NCBI GenBank assembly: GCA_000826855.1
Contig: JTLS01000013.1
Coordinates: 1 to 52,631, forward strand
Direction: 5' to 3'
Source: Basidioascus undulatus
Taxonomy: Eukaryota
Length of the DNA stretch: 52,631 nt
Shown here: positions 23,301-35,434 of the stretch, piece by piece
Position numbering within the stretch: position 1 is the stretch's first letter
Layout: each line of letters starts with the position of its first letter
Translations under genes and position numbers: made by a program
The notes under the pieces: generated by a model
Seen by the model: the letters and a program-made list of their open reading frames with translations, nothing else
What the model was told of the DNA's origin: nothing
Database searches by the model: none

Positions 23301-25551
23301 TCTGCCACTCCTCGACCAATGCCCCCTGCGCCTCTCCATCCACCGGCGGCCTAAGCAAGCCCGTCAGGCGCAGCGCCGCCTCCACACGGTCCTCGGCCAG
23401 TCGGCCGAGCGCATGCTCAACCAGCGCGCGGGAGCGGCTCCACTGGACGGCGTTACCGCTGTCGCTGTCGCTATCATTGACGTACGCGCTCGACGCTTGA
23501 CGGAAGGCGCGTAGGGCGAGAGCGTCCTGTATTGCGTTGCGCGGGGAAAGGGCGTCAGCCACTTGGGTTGCATCAGACGAGGATAACAAATGAAGACATG
23601 AGGAAAGGGAGACGGACCTTCGCGCCCAGCTCGTACCGCACGCCAGCTTGCACGAGGAAGAAAGCGGCCTTGCGCAGGGACTGGCGAGGGAGGCGGAGGT
23701 ACGCGAGCGCGGCCTGCTCGAGGAGTATCGCGGCCGACACGTCCACGCTCTGTCCCGCCCCGCACACCAGCGCGGCCGGTACGCCCAGAACGACGCCCCG
23801 CGCTTTCCACGCCTCGAAGTAAAGCACCGTCGCGCGGAGCACCTCGGCTGGCTCGGGAGTGGGCGCATAAGCCAGCCAGGTGGCGCACGCCTGCTCGAGG
23901 AACGCGCCGGTGGAGGCGATGGCTGAAGATGGGGATGCGAGGGAGAGGAGGTGCGAGAGCCCGAGCATCTCCTATTGTACCGGTTGCAATCGTCGTCAGA
24001 TGTCGAGGCGATAAGGCTAAAGGGAGTGGACAAAAAAAAAAAAAAACTGACAGTAGCGCTAGCGACGTATCTCCATGCTCCGCGCTCCTGCGCAGTGTCC
24101 CGTCGCAGCTGGTCATACGTGCTGGCAGCGAGGCGGTAGTCGCGCAGGATGAACGCGAAGTCTGCGAGACGGCGAGCGAGGGCTTCGGGCGCCGCAGAGG
24201 GGTAGCTAGGCAGTGAATCAGTTGGCTTGGGCACCAAAAGCGAAGGAAAACAGCAGAAAGGAGGGTCGACGCACAAGCCCTTAACCGGATTCCATGATGT
24301 GCTGCCCTGCGGGCCGGGAGACGCAGGGCGAGCGGGTGAGGGGGAAGAGCTGCCGCCCCCGAAGTAACGCCGCCCGAGCCCGCCAAAGAGGCGGTTGGTG
24401 ATGCCTTTCCGCGAGGCAGCGAGCTGCTCGGCCCAAGATCAGCTTGGGAGAACGAGAGCGTGACCAAATGCTCACCTGCTCGTTCCACTGCCCCACACAT
24501 CGCTCCATCCACGGCAAGAGGGACTGGACGACCAGCTCGCGCACGAACGCGCGCAGCTCAGTGAGGTCGTCCTCCGAGAGCGCGGGCGCGGGCGCGCAGT
24601 CCTCCGAAGGGGGGAACAGCTCGATTGCTTCGGGGGAGGGCGTGGAGGGAGAGTTGAGCACGATCAGCGCGCAGTGCACGCCGTGCGCTTTCTTCACTTG
24701 TTCCAGAAGGAGTCGGGCTCTGTTCACCCGCCGCGCACGCTCATCAGTCACAGGGAGACAGGGTGCTGTGGGAAAGGCCAGGGGAAGGCGAAACGTACTG
24801 GTCGACGGGCCCGCTCTGCGCGTCGTGCACGAGGACGAAGTAGCGCAGGACGGAGGCAGGGGACGCATCCATATATTGTCGGGAGGCGTATGGCGCAGGG
24901 AGGTTTGCGCGCGAGGCGAGGGCGGTAAGGGAAGCCACGGGGTCGGGGGAGGCGGTTGAGGTTGCGAGGATGACTGGAAGGGTTTGGGCAGATGATAATG
25001 GTAATTATGAGAAGGAAAGGTGAGGAGGGCCAGGGAACAGAACGGACAGGTTAGGGGGTGCTCGAATGTGGAATAGTGGTTGAGGGTCCGGTGCTCCAGC
25101 AGTCGCGTCGCGAACGCGTCGTACCATGGTAACGAATGGGGTACGTTTACTGCCGTCCCCATCTTATTCAGCTTCCACCCTCTCTAGTCATCCCAGACAA
25201 CGGACTCGGCCACGCACCTCTCTCCCGGCTCTCGCGTCTCCTCAGATCCACCTCCTCCGGCGTCCCCGGCCCGCCCAGCTCCGCGCCCTCCCCCAATCGC
25301 TGGACTACGTCCGCGAGCGCCTCGTCCTCGCTCCCCAGTTCCTCTACTTCCCTCACGCGAAGTGAGAAGTGCGCGGCCGAGTGGGTCTCGAGCTGGCTCG
25401 TGCGCAGGGGGATCTTCGTCAGGTCTGCGGCGAAGGGCGCGAGGAGGGCGGAGAGCGTTGGTATCGGGGAGGGAAGGAGGGCGTTGATGGACGGGTCTGG
25501 GATGACGCCGAGAAGGGGCGAGAAATGCGCTTGGAGAAGGGGCACGTCCAT
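20388..25551 (-). CDS. TRS85: TRAPP III-specific subunit Trs85 (TRAPPC8), multi-exon
   Basis: LPWYDAFATRLL..STFEHPL; FVRELVVQSLLPWMERCVGQWNEQ; APEALARRLADFAFILRDYRLAASTYD; RKAAFFLVQAGVRY; VGEIFYVGLRARNPL; terminal VWVSRPGTYSIDQW. The start could extend upstream. Confidence 0.9.
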
Positions 25552-26556
25552 CCTGGCCGGAAGGAGGAGATCTGCAAGGATGCGGATGGGCAAGTCAGCA
25601 TCAGTCTAGGTAACTGCGACAGGGTGGTGCAACGTCTGATCGATCGAAAATGATTTTATTTTTATAATTTCTCATTGATCGAGAGCGATATCAAGAGCAG
25701 CACTGCCTCCATCCTCCAGCAGAGTAACGCGTTCCGCACCGACCCACAGCAGCACTCTCTCGGCACTAGCACAGACGCCGCAACTCACAGGGAACGGTGG
25801 AGTATCAGTAACCACAACACTGCACCCTCGAGCAGTCTAAACAGACCCAAAGCCGGAGAAGAAAGAAAAGAGCTGATGGAGAGGTTGAGGCTCAATGCCA
25901 ACACCCGAATGACGGGCAAAGGACTTGCAAGGACGCGCTGTGGGCTCCGTCCGCGCAGCGTCCACGGTGCTTCCTTATAAGGTTGCCGCTGTGTTTGCGA
26001 CAGTTTACGTCCCAGCCTCCTGATGCAAAGGACGCATGGTACCTCTGACGAAGCAAATTGAAAAGTTTCATGCATATCCTTTTGGGTGAGTTCGAGCTTC
26101 TATCGACCTCAGCATTTGTTCGGAGGCCTTGAAACAGAAAGCACCACACTTGAGTGGACTGCCGGTAGCTTACAGTAATCGTCAAGCTCATTGCCAGGTA
26201 CTCTCAAAAATAGCCTCTCTCGAAATTTATCAGAGGTATCAACCCAGGCGTAACTAGTGGCTGCCGGGCGCTGAAATGGCAAAGCGAGTCGGTGCGATGA
26301 TCACCGCGGCCGCCGCCTTGCAGTCCAAGAGACGCCCCGAAGCCCTAGACCAAAATGCAATTGGTTGATTGTATGAATGGATTTTTGTTGGCTGAAAGAT
26401 TGGAAGTGCAAGAGGTGCACCCAAGTCCGTCTGAAGCTTGTTGCCGTCGAGTCTAGCCTCTGTTGCGGATGTACACTGCGGATCGACAACGGTAAATCCA
26501 TCCTTTTTGGTGTCAAAATGTTGCTGCTGTGGTACTGATCCGATGTTAGAACGTAC

Positions 26557-28999
26557 CGGTCTTGGTCTCCAACCAGTTCCCAAGGCTCTGGGAGCCGTTC
26601 TCCTTCCCGACTCCAGATGTCTGCTTTGCAGTTCCATCAGAGGTTCTGTCCAGGTCCACCCCAAGTCGACTTACCTTGCATACCCCGAAGGGCATGTCCA
26701 ACTGGAAGTAGCTGCCGACTTGGTTGAGTCCTGGGGTGTGTTCGACGGTGCGGATCTTGCACCTGCTGCCTGTACCCCCAACTCTGCTGTAGTCGTTAGT
26801 AGCTGAGCTTCACGCGTGCTGACAATCCGAAACTCAGTCGCCTGCGCCCAAGGGCTACTGCCTAACAGCGGTCAACTTTGTGTCGCCCTTGTGTGTGAGG
26901 GCCCGATTGCTTCTCAAACGCTGATGCCGGCTTTGACTGCGTCATTAAGACTCGCGTTTACGTCCAGGAGGGCGTGCGCGACCGCTTCGTCGACGCTTAC
27001 AAGGCTGCCCTAACGTGAGTCAGATACAATCATCCAGACATTAGCGACCTATTCGCTTTCCAATGTTTCTCTTCAGAGCCGGAAAGATGGGCAACGTCTC
27101 AGACAACACCGTCACGCTCGGCCCAATGTGGACAAGGCGCAGTATGACAACGTCTTGGGTTCGTTTTCTTTTCCGAAACTTGAACGGCGCAAGACTGATT
27201 TACGGGCGATCGAGAAAATTGTATAGGCTGCCTGAAGGAGGGTAAACAGTCAGGGTGCAAGCTCGAGCTCGGGGGCAACGCGACGTCGGTCGATGGCAAA
27301 GGATACTTCGTCGAGACGACGCTTTTCGCTGACGTGCCCGAGGACGCAACCATCACCAAGGAAGAGATATTTGGACCTGTCGGTATTCTCGTAAGCATTG
27401 CATTGTTTTTCCTCCATTCGGTTTGAAACGCTAAGCACGCGAGCATTAGAACACTTTCAAGGACGAGGCTGATGGTAGTTCCTTTTGTTTTTCTCGCTCT
27501 TTGCATTTCTAGAGCATACGTACTGAATAGCAGCTACTTTCTCGATCAGGTATTGCCAAAGCCAACGATACCGTGTACGGCCTCTTCGCCGCGCTGTTTT
27601 ATTCCAACGTCGACTGGGCCATCTGCGTCGCCAAGGCTCTCGAAGCCGCGACTGTCTTTTTCCCTCCAAGCTCGATGGTCACGTTCTGAAAATTACCCAG
27701 AGGTGAGCCGGACACCGCACGAAATAGCATGATGTCGCGCCAACTTGCAGATCTTCTGATGGCCGGCGATGGCGTCCCCCGCAACGCTTCCCAGGCCGGA
27801 GATGGTGTTGATGACTTTTCACGAGCAATTCAGATGTATTGAGGCGCGGCCTCATGGGGAAACCCCTCACCTCTTGAGGGGAAGCCAGCTTCTAAAACGA
27901 GCTTGGCGACGTGCAGAGACTGGCAATCGGAAGCTGTGAGCGGTAATATCGAAGTAGAACAAGAACGTGCGCGCACTGCCAGCTTTTTCGCTGGTCTTGA
28001 CGCTGTTATCAACAATTGTTAGTATTCAATTTCTTATTACACCTGGTAAGAAAAAAAAGTACCTGCATGATGGTGTTGCCTGCTGCAACAGCAGGGCCGA
28101 CCTGCGGGAGACCGAAAGTAGTCAGTCCAGCTTCAACGGTTTAGGAGGCGAGATGGGTTACCTTCAGAAGAGCTGAGGATGATAAGAAGAGGAGAGACTT
28201 GTCAGTTGTATAAGAGTTCATGTTGAGTGGTGAATCCATGAATGCTTGCCAGGAGGAGATGCATATAGGTGGATTCGAACCGCCACATTCCACGGGACTG
28301 TTTCCAAAGCCAATTTAGTCAGATATTAGCTTCCAATAGCCCTTTGGAGACCGGCATACTTATTCCAGCCACGATCCCAAACGGCTGACGCATCGTGGCG
28401 GCGAGCGTACCGGGCGTGCGCGGAGGGTACGTCAAGCGACACAAATTATCGAAAACGGTCAGAGTGACCCACGTGTTCAAGGAGCTCTCCCCCTGGGCTT
28501 TGAGTGCCAATCCAGCAGCTTGCTGACTGTACAAGGCGAATTCTTACGTTAGCGCACGATAGCATCATTCGCATTGGCAAAATGAAGAACTCACAGCGAC
28601 GCTGCCCCGATCTGTGCCAATGCCTGTGCCAGCCCAAGCCCGCTCCCCATCTCCGGGCTATTAATCTTCGCAATCTCCTCGGGATCCCGGAAGATGAGCA
28701 CCGCGAGGCGGTTCAGCGCCGCTGCGCGCTCGGAAGCGGGCAGGCCCGACCACGCGGGGAAGGCAGCCTCTGCGGCGGCGACGGCTGCGTCGACGTCGGC
28801 TGGTTGAGCGGCGGAAACGTCCGCAAGCTTCTCTTCAGTGGAGGGGTTGAAGGTTGGGAACGTTTCTCCGTTCTGGGCTATGAATGGGGCGGATAGAGAT
28901 TTGAGCATAAATGGTCCACTCATGAAGGGCTTTGAGGACGAAGGATTCACCGGCAACGAATTGGTTGTTGATGAAGAGGCGAGTTTCAAGAGAGGTCAC
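26557..28999 (-). pseudogene. Aldehyde dehydrogenase pseudogene with an internal inversion (26726-27660 reads on +)
   Basis: Minus strand: LETRLFINNQFV, NPSTEE, RQPFGIVAGI, PWNVAV, VGPAVAAGNT, VTIELGGK. Plus strand: SPGVxFDGADL, NSGQLC, KEEIFGPV, ANDTVYGL, LEAATV. Minus strand again: GLNQ..MPFG..SGVGKENG..ETKT. The start codon reads GTG, there are frameshifts, and the FTGS motif is missing. Confidence 0.92.
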
Positions 29000-30544
29000 G
29001 ATGGAGAGGGCGCGAGATGTGAAGTTGAGGAGATGGCTGGGGTAGAAGCGTGCTCGAGAGAAGAGGTGGAAGAGAGCAAGGATGCATGCACCAGCACCCG
29101 CCGGGAACATCCCCGAACTCTCTTCCATTCCGATTCTGCGAGATAAATAATCAGGCTACCGCAGCACGGTAGTACTGAAGAAGAAATGATTTGAGCGCTC
29201 GCTCCCTTCCCATCGTTTGCAGGAGGGAGTGCAGCGGATGTAGCACGATGAAGCGAAGAGATATGCAGGTGAGTGGTGCCTAGTTGCGGAGCACCATGGC
29301 TGTCGAGTTTCGGCGATGAAGTCGGCAGCATTCTTCACGCCAGCACTTTTCTTATGAAAAGTGAAGGCAACAAAGGTGAAGCACTTTTCTCCACGAGATT
29401 CGCAGGCAATAAGGAAGACGAAAGCGCCTAGCTCTCAGATTTTCCCCGCTTTCCGAAGGGTAGCGTTGAGCACCCACCTCAAACGGTCCACCGTTGGAGC
29501 AATTGACAACAAAGAGTCATTTAACCACCCAAACAAGCAAAAAGAATATTTTGCTCTCTTGAAGATAGCCGGTCTTTTGATGTTTACCAGAAACGCAGTA
29601 TCCTTGGTTCTTGGGCAGGGAGCGTGAATAGTGCGCGACGGTGGTCCCGGAGCTCAAAGCAGCTCTCAACAGCTCTCGCTCATTAATTCTTGGAAAGAAC
29701 CCCACGTTCCATGCGCTTTATAGCCAAGAGTGCACTGTGAGAACTGGGCGGTGAAAGCCAGCGAAGCATCCGTGCAAGGCGATTGTCGCTGTGAGCACAG
29801 CGGCGCTCTACTTGGCGGGCCGCTGACTGTCACTCCAGGGCTGTCTGCGCCACATTTATCGCGACACACCGCAAAACACGACTGTTTTCTGCCCACACAA
29901 AAGCTGTATTCAGCTCACAAGTTTTCCGTGATATATGCAACTGAGTATCCTTTCAGAGCGTTGTGTTCATCGATGTCAACACTCCCCTGGGGAGCGGAGC
30001 GAGCGTGGAAAGTGAAACTTGGTGAAACACGGGTTGGCGCGTCGCTGGTGGACTTGCCCCGAGGTCAGCGTCTGCAGCTCCTCCCAACACCACTCCATCA
30101 GGCCCTCCTCCCAGGCCGCCTGCCTGCCCATTCTCCGTTCTACACACCCACAGCATACATACGCACCCACACTCGTTTACAACACACGGTCCCTACTCGA
30201 ATCTGGAACGGGCAACACACGCACACGCGACGCGCCAATTGCGACCAAGAAACCCCTTTCCGTGCCCCCCCACGCCCAAAGCTTTGACTTGCTTGACGCT
30301 TTCGTCCTGCCTGCACCGCGATCAGCATTTGGCGCTTGTTGCGCTCTGTCCCTCCTCTCCTCCAACCTCCAACCCCCTCTCCTCGCACTCGTGCCCACGA
30401 GCCCCACCTCGCCGCTTGATCTCGTTCTTGTCCCCACGCTTGTTGTGCAGGACGAGCCGCAGACGACAAGGTACGCCTGGTGTTCTGAGGAAGGGAAAGA
30501 AGGAGGCTGACAATGTGTGGTGATGGGTGTGGTGAACAGACGCA

Positions 30545-31717
30545 ATGATTAGGCGACAGAGACTGAAACGGCAGGTGTGGTACGAGGACGGCGGGAGCAC
30601 AGTCGTCGTCGTGCCCACGTCGACCGCGTCGCCCTCCTCCACCGCATCCTCCTCTTCAACATCCGATTCATCCTCATCCACACTCGCGTCCACATCCGCA
30701 TCTCTCTCCGCCTCCTCATCCCTCACCTCCGCCGGCGCCTCCTCCACCTCCACCCTCGCCTCCAACAGCCCCGACAACACGACCTCCTCCCCCGTCGGCC
30801 CCATCGTAGGGATCGTCATCGGCGCGCTCGCCCTCGTCGGCTTCATCTCCTTCCTCCTCATCCGGCGACGCGACTCGCGCTCCGCGCTCCTGCAGTCCTC
30901 GAACCGCACCGCGCTGCGGCTGCCCAACTCGCCGGAGGAGGCCGACGCAGGGTGGGCCGCCGAGAAGGCGCGCTACGCCGGGCGGCGCCAGACGACGGAC
31001 CAGGAGTTCTTGAGCAACGCGACGCGGGTCGCGCTGGGCGGGGGTGGGGTTGGGGATGGTCATGCTGGCGCAGCTGCAGGTGGAGGAAGGGGGCTGTTGA
31101 CCCCCGCGGGGAGGGAGTGGTTCAGGCATTCGAGCGCGGGTGGTAGCGAGGATGGGAGCGTGCTCGGCGCGGGGGACGCGCAGGAGCGGGATCGGTTGAC
31201 CGTGCCGGGGCAAGCGGATGGGCACAGGGCGGTGGGCGAGGGCGAGCGCACGAGCATGGCGAGTCCGCTCGATATGCTGTATGTCTTCCCGCCCACACAT
31301 ACCCCCTTCCCCTCTTTCTCATACTTGCCGATCAAGCTCGCTCACGATCTCGTCTCCATTCAAACAGCGTTCGAGGACTCGGCAAAGGCGGCTAGCGCTA
31401 TCACGGACGCTGTGTTCTCCTCTCTTCACTCTCCCCCACATCACTCTCCACATCTCCCCGAACAATCACCCCATCACATCTCTGCGTTTCCCTCCCAAGT
31501 TCACATACCCATTCGCAGCATCCCCGCATACCCCTCGCATTGCTCTTGCTTTTTTCCATCTTCACCCACACTCACATTCTTGCATGCTCGCTCGCCTCGC
31601 TGTAATATCACACACCCACGCATTCGCGCTCGTGACGCGCTGCGGTCGCTCAACTGCTATCTTACGCCCGCTGAACTGTTGTGGGGAGTGGGAGTTCTGA
31701 AGAAACGTGCTTTTTAG
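30545..31717 (+). CDS. Ser/Thr-rich single-pass membrane protein (Mid2-like architecture); ends uncertain
   Basis: A long S/T tract is followed by the TM segment VGPIVGIVIGALALVGFISFLLI and an RRR stop-transfer. An intron (GTATGT ~31279..CAG) is likely, so the C-terminus is uncertain. Confidence 0.7.
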   Translation: MIRRQRLKRQVWYEDGGSTVVVVPTSTASPSSTASSSSTSDSSSSTLASTSASLSASSSLTSAGASSTSTLASNSPDNTTSSPVGPIVGIVIGALALVGFISFLLIRRRDSRSALLQSSNRTALRLPNSPEEADAGWAAEKARYAGRRQTTDQEFLSNATRVALGGGGVGDGHAGAAAGGGRGLLTPAGREWFRHSSAGGSEDGSVLGAGDAQERDRLTVPGQADGHRAVGEGERTSMASPLDMLYVFPPTHTPFPSFSYLPIKLAHDLVSIQTAFEDSAKAASAITDAVFSSLHSPPHHSPHLPEQSPHHISAFPSQVHIPIRSIPAYPSHCSCFFPSSPTLTFLHARSPRCNITHPRIRARDALRSLNCYLTPAELLWGVGVLKKRAF

Positions 31718-32212
31718 GGTGAGAAGTGGCGGCGGAAGTTGCTTGATGCCGTGTGTTCAACTGTGCCATTTGCACTGCGCCAGGCCGCCAACCCTTACCA
31801 ATCGCACTTTTGTATCGCCTCATACTTGAGAACGTTGTACACGACGTTTTCGACTGCCGGGAACAAACAGGGAAGGTTTCGCAGATTGCAGTCCTAATTT
31901 CACCCACGCACCGCGGTGGCGGACTTCCGCGCTTCGGACCGCCATCACTTCCATTCTCATCCAAGTCTGCCCCTTTGAAGTACCTCCAAGCTTTTACCAG
32001 AAAAGGCCTGGTTCTAGTCAGAGCAGCCTGGAGAATGTACAAGAAGATAAGCGGCAGTGCTCGGTGCGGGGCTTCACGAGTGCAACCCCTCGATGCTTCG
32101 CTCATCTCATGAATCTCCCATCGCGGAAGCCCTAGAGCCCAACATCAGCTTCACCGTCGCCTGCTGCGCAGCATTGGCCCCCCTCTCCGCGCGAGTTCCC
32201 GCTCGAGCTCGT

Positions 32213-32964
32213 TCACCTGCCGGGCCAGCTTCGACGCAGACGCGCGGTAGTAGTCGCGGTCTTTGCGAAGACAGGCGAGTTCTGCGGCCATCTCTTCACG
32301 ACTTCGCGAGAGGAGGTTTGGGGTGCGGTCGAGCTCGTGGAGGGGGAACGGGATGTGCTTTCGGGCTGCGGTGGAAGGGCCGATGGGGCGGGGAACGTGA
32401 AGCGAGGGCGCTTGGAGGGCGGAGCACGCTCGATTTTTGGAGGTGCAAAGCGAGATCTGTTGATCCTCCAGCTCATGAGGAACATCAGGGAGACGTATAG
32501 GCCTGAGTACTCACTCGTACTTGTCATAACTCCAGACCGAAACCCACCCCTCACGGCTGGCTACTGCAGCCCCCCCTGCCCCGCGCGACGCCGGCTCAGA
32601 CTTCACGAATCTGACTTGCAGCCAGGCGGTGCCCAACTCGGTCAATCCCCGTCCAGCGACCGCTTGGCCGCCACCGCCTCCTCCTCCAGGCTGAACGTCA
32701 CGAATGCGAAGCGCGCCGGCTTTTCGTCGTTCCGGGGCGGAACGGTGACGTCAACGCTGCAGAGCAGGGAGAAGGTCAATGTCTCCTGAAAATATGTAGG
32801 GGAGATCCTCGTCCTCGCTCACATGCAGTCATAAGGGGTCGGGTCAAGAACATTTGAAGCCAGTGTGAGAGCGAGATATAGCTCATCGGCAGTGACCGCG
32901 GCGGGGGTATGGGCGTCACATGCAGCCGACTGCGGTTCTCGGGAACGAGATTGTCACTGTACAT
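32213..32964 (-). pseudogene. RRM-domain gene, frameshifted
   Basis: RNP2-like RLHVTPIP-AVTADELY, RNP1 RFAFVTFSLEEEAVAAKRSLDG and beta4 LQVRFV. Frameshifts at ~32900 and ~32648. The 3' boundary is approximate. Confidence 0.55.
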
Positions 32965-33528
32965 GCTTTGTTCTGGGAGGGAATGTAGGTAGTGCGAGAG
33001 AGAGAAGTTCGGGCCTGACCGTGCGGCGAGACAGTAACTGGACGAGCATGAATCCGCCTGGAGCTCGTGACGCCCAGACGCCCAGAGACGGCTGTTGCGA
33101 AGGAATATTGAATCCCGAGTCCCAGAAGACAGAATTGCAGCCGCGCAAGCAGACACTCGGAAGAGTGTAAAGTTTCGCGCTCCCGGGCCGTGCACTACAC
33201 AGCACGATGGAAGGCAGTCGGCCATGTGAAGAGTTGATATGGCGGGAGGATGCGCGATCGCGGCTCTGACTGAAAGACGGCTGCGTCGAATATTGAAAAA
33301 CTGTACTTCACACAACACTGCAAAACACTGCGGAGCAGGTTTCCGTTAGCCTGTACATCCAACCTCCACTCCCGGCAAGCGTCGGCACCGGGCAACTCAC
33401 GATATCACCTGGCCATGACCTCGTTGGAGAGCAGCTCTCCATTTCCTACTCTTGTCCCACCATCACTAACCTCTTCGATAACACCGCGCATCCCAAATCA
33501 CTCACAAGTCCACATCCACTCTCATATC

Positions 33529-35434
33529 ATGACTGAAGGTCGTCCCGTCCCCGGCGCGAAGAAGCGCGCTCTCTGCTCGTTCGGTGAGCTCCACCATCGC
33601 CATCCACATACTGCATTACCCTCGCTCACAGCAGCGACGCTCCGCAGGTGTCGATGTCGATGCGGTCGCTGGGTGGCTGGGAAGCTACGGTGGAGAGGAC
33701 TCGCCTAATGGTGAGCCGACCCTCTCCGATGGCACTGTGCTTCGCGCGCTTACGACTCCTTCCCAGACATCTCGCGCGGCGTATTTGCCGGCGAGGTCGG
33801 CGTGGGTCGTCTGCTGAAGCTTTTCGAGAAGTACAATATGAAGGTGATGCAATATTAATGATGTTGATGTCCATGGGGCGATGCTCACTCGAGTGTCCGG
33901 TAGACCACTTTCTTTATCCCCGGTCACTCCCTCGGTCGATCTAATCTTCTTTCTTGTCCTTTTTATCATATCGCTCACGCAGGGTCGAAAATATCACAGA
34001 GACGTTCCCGAAGGAAATGGCTGCGGTCCGAGACGCAGGCCACGAGATCGGCTTGCACGGGTACTCGCATGAAGCTCCGCCGCCGCCCCGCCCTCGAAGC
34101 TGATCATCTCAGTGCATACTGATGAGGGACAAATAGATCCTGTGTCCATGACATTCGAGCAGCAGAAGGAGATCCTGGACTACACATTCAAGCAGCTGAC
34201 CGAGTTCTGCGGCAAGCCGCCGTACGTGGTGTCCGTCAACCAACACCTTGCACTCGATTACTGACCTTGCTCTTTGGGCTCAGAATCGGCAGCGTGGCGC
34301 CTTGGTGGGAGACTTCCAAGTGCGTATATGCCTTTCAACCCCGTTCATAGGTGGACTATTGACACATAATCCGCAGGGAGGGCACCAAGGTCGGTGAGCT
34401 TGTACGTTACAGCCATGTGCACTTGCTGATAATTCAAACCCGGTCTTCAGCTTCTTCTGGATTATGGGATCCAGTACGACCATTCGAATCAGGTAAGTTC
34501 GTTCTCACTTCCTCATCTTTTGGGGCATCTGGGATCTGAACCGCATTTCCATCAGCACCACGACTGCCTCCCCTACTACGTAAGCCGCGATGCTGCCTTC
34601 TTGTACTTCGGACACCTCACAATTATGCTTATTCAACGGCCGAGCAGCTGCGCGACGAGGACAAGTGGACCAAGATCGACTACAGTGCGTCGAGCGCCAA
34701 GAGCTGGATGAAGCCTCTCGAGAGGGGGCAGGAGACGGGGCTGCTTGAGATTCCAGCGAACTGTGAGTCTCGGCTGACTCACCGTCTGCAAGCCATTACA
34801 CTGATCCGAACGAACACAGGGTACCTCGATGACCTTGTGCGGTTTCCGTGGGGCTTACCTCGTCCCGAGCTTTACTGACTTCTGTAGTGCATCAGCCGCC
34901 TCACATGTTCATCAAGAAAGCACCGAACTCGCACGGTTTCGTGGACGTTGAAAGCACTTTCAACCTTTGGAAGTCGCACTTTGACTATTTGTAGGCCCGC
35001 TCGCTCTTCGGACTCTTCCAAATTCAGCGTACTGAATGACACCTCTACGCAGCTACCGGGAATACGACTGGTTCATCTTGTAAGCTTAAGGCGGGGTCGA
35101 TGAAGCTACTTGCGCTCACAAAACGCTCCCCAGCCCCCTCACCATCCACCCTGATGTGTCGGGCCGCCCGCACATGCTGCTGATGCTCGAGAAGTACGAC
35201 TGGCTCTGGTGTCCTCATTTGAAGCGCTCTGATCTTTGTCCTGTCTCTAAATAGGCTCATCGAGTATATCAACACGCACGAGGGCGTTGAGTGGGTCACA
35301 ATGGAGGTAAGGCAGCTGACAACGCGCCTCAGAGTGCTCGCTGAACGACATGGGCGGAATAGCAAATCAACGCGGAAGCCAGGCAGCGCCAGCCGCCGAA
35401 GGAGGGCGCGCTCCTTCCCAAGCAGCGCTCATAG
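33529..35434 (+). CDS. Carbohydrate esterase family 4 / polysaccharide deacetylase, HpPgdA(HP0310)-like, 17 exons
   Basis: [79 protein letters not shown]. Fifteen canonical introns are in frame; one donor (34075) is non-canonical. Confidence 0.9.

Noticed and set aside
24032..24046. A15 run suggesting a retroelement tail
   Set aside because: It is a T tract just inside a TRS85 intron on the coding strand, with no target-site duplication or element body.
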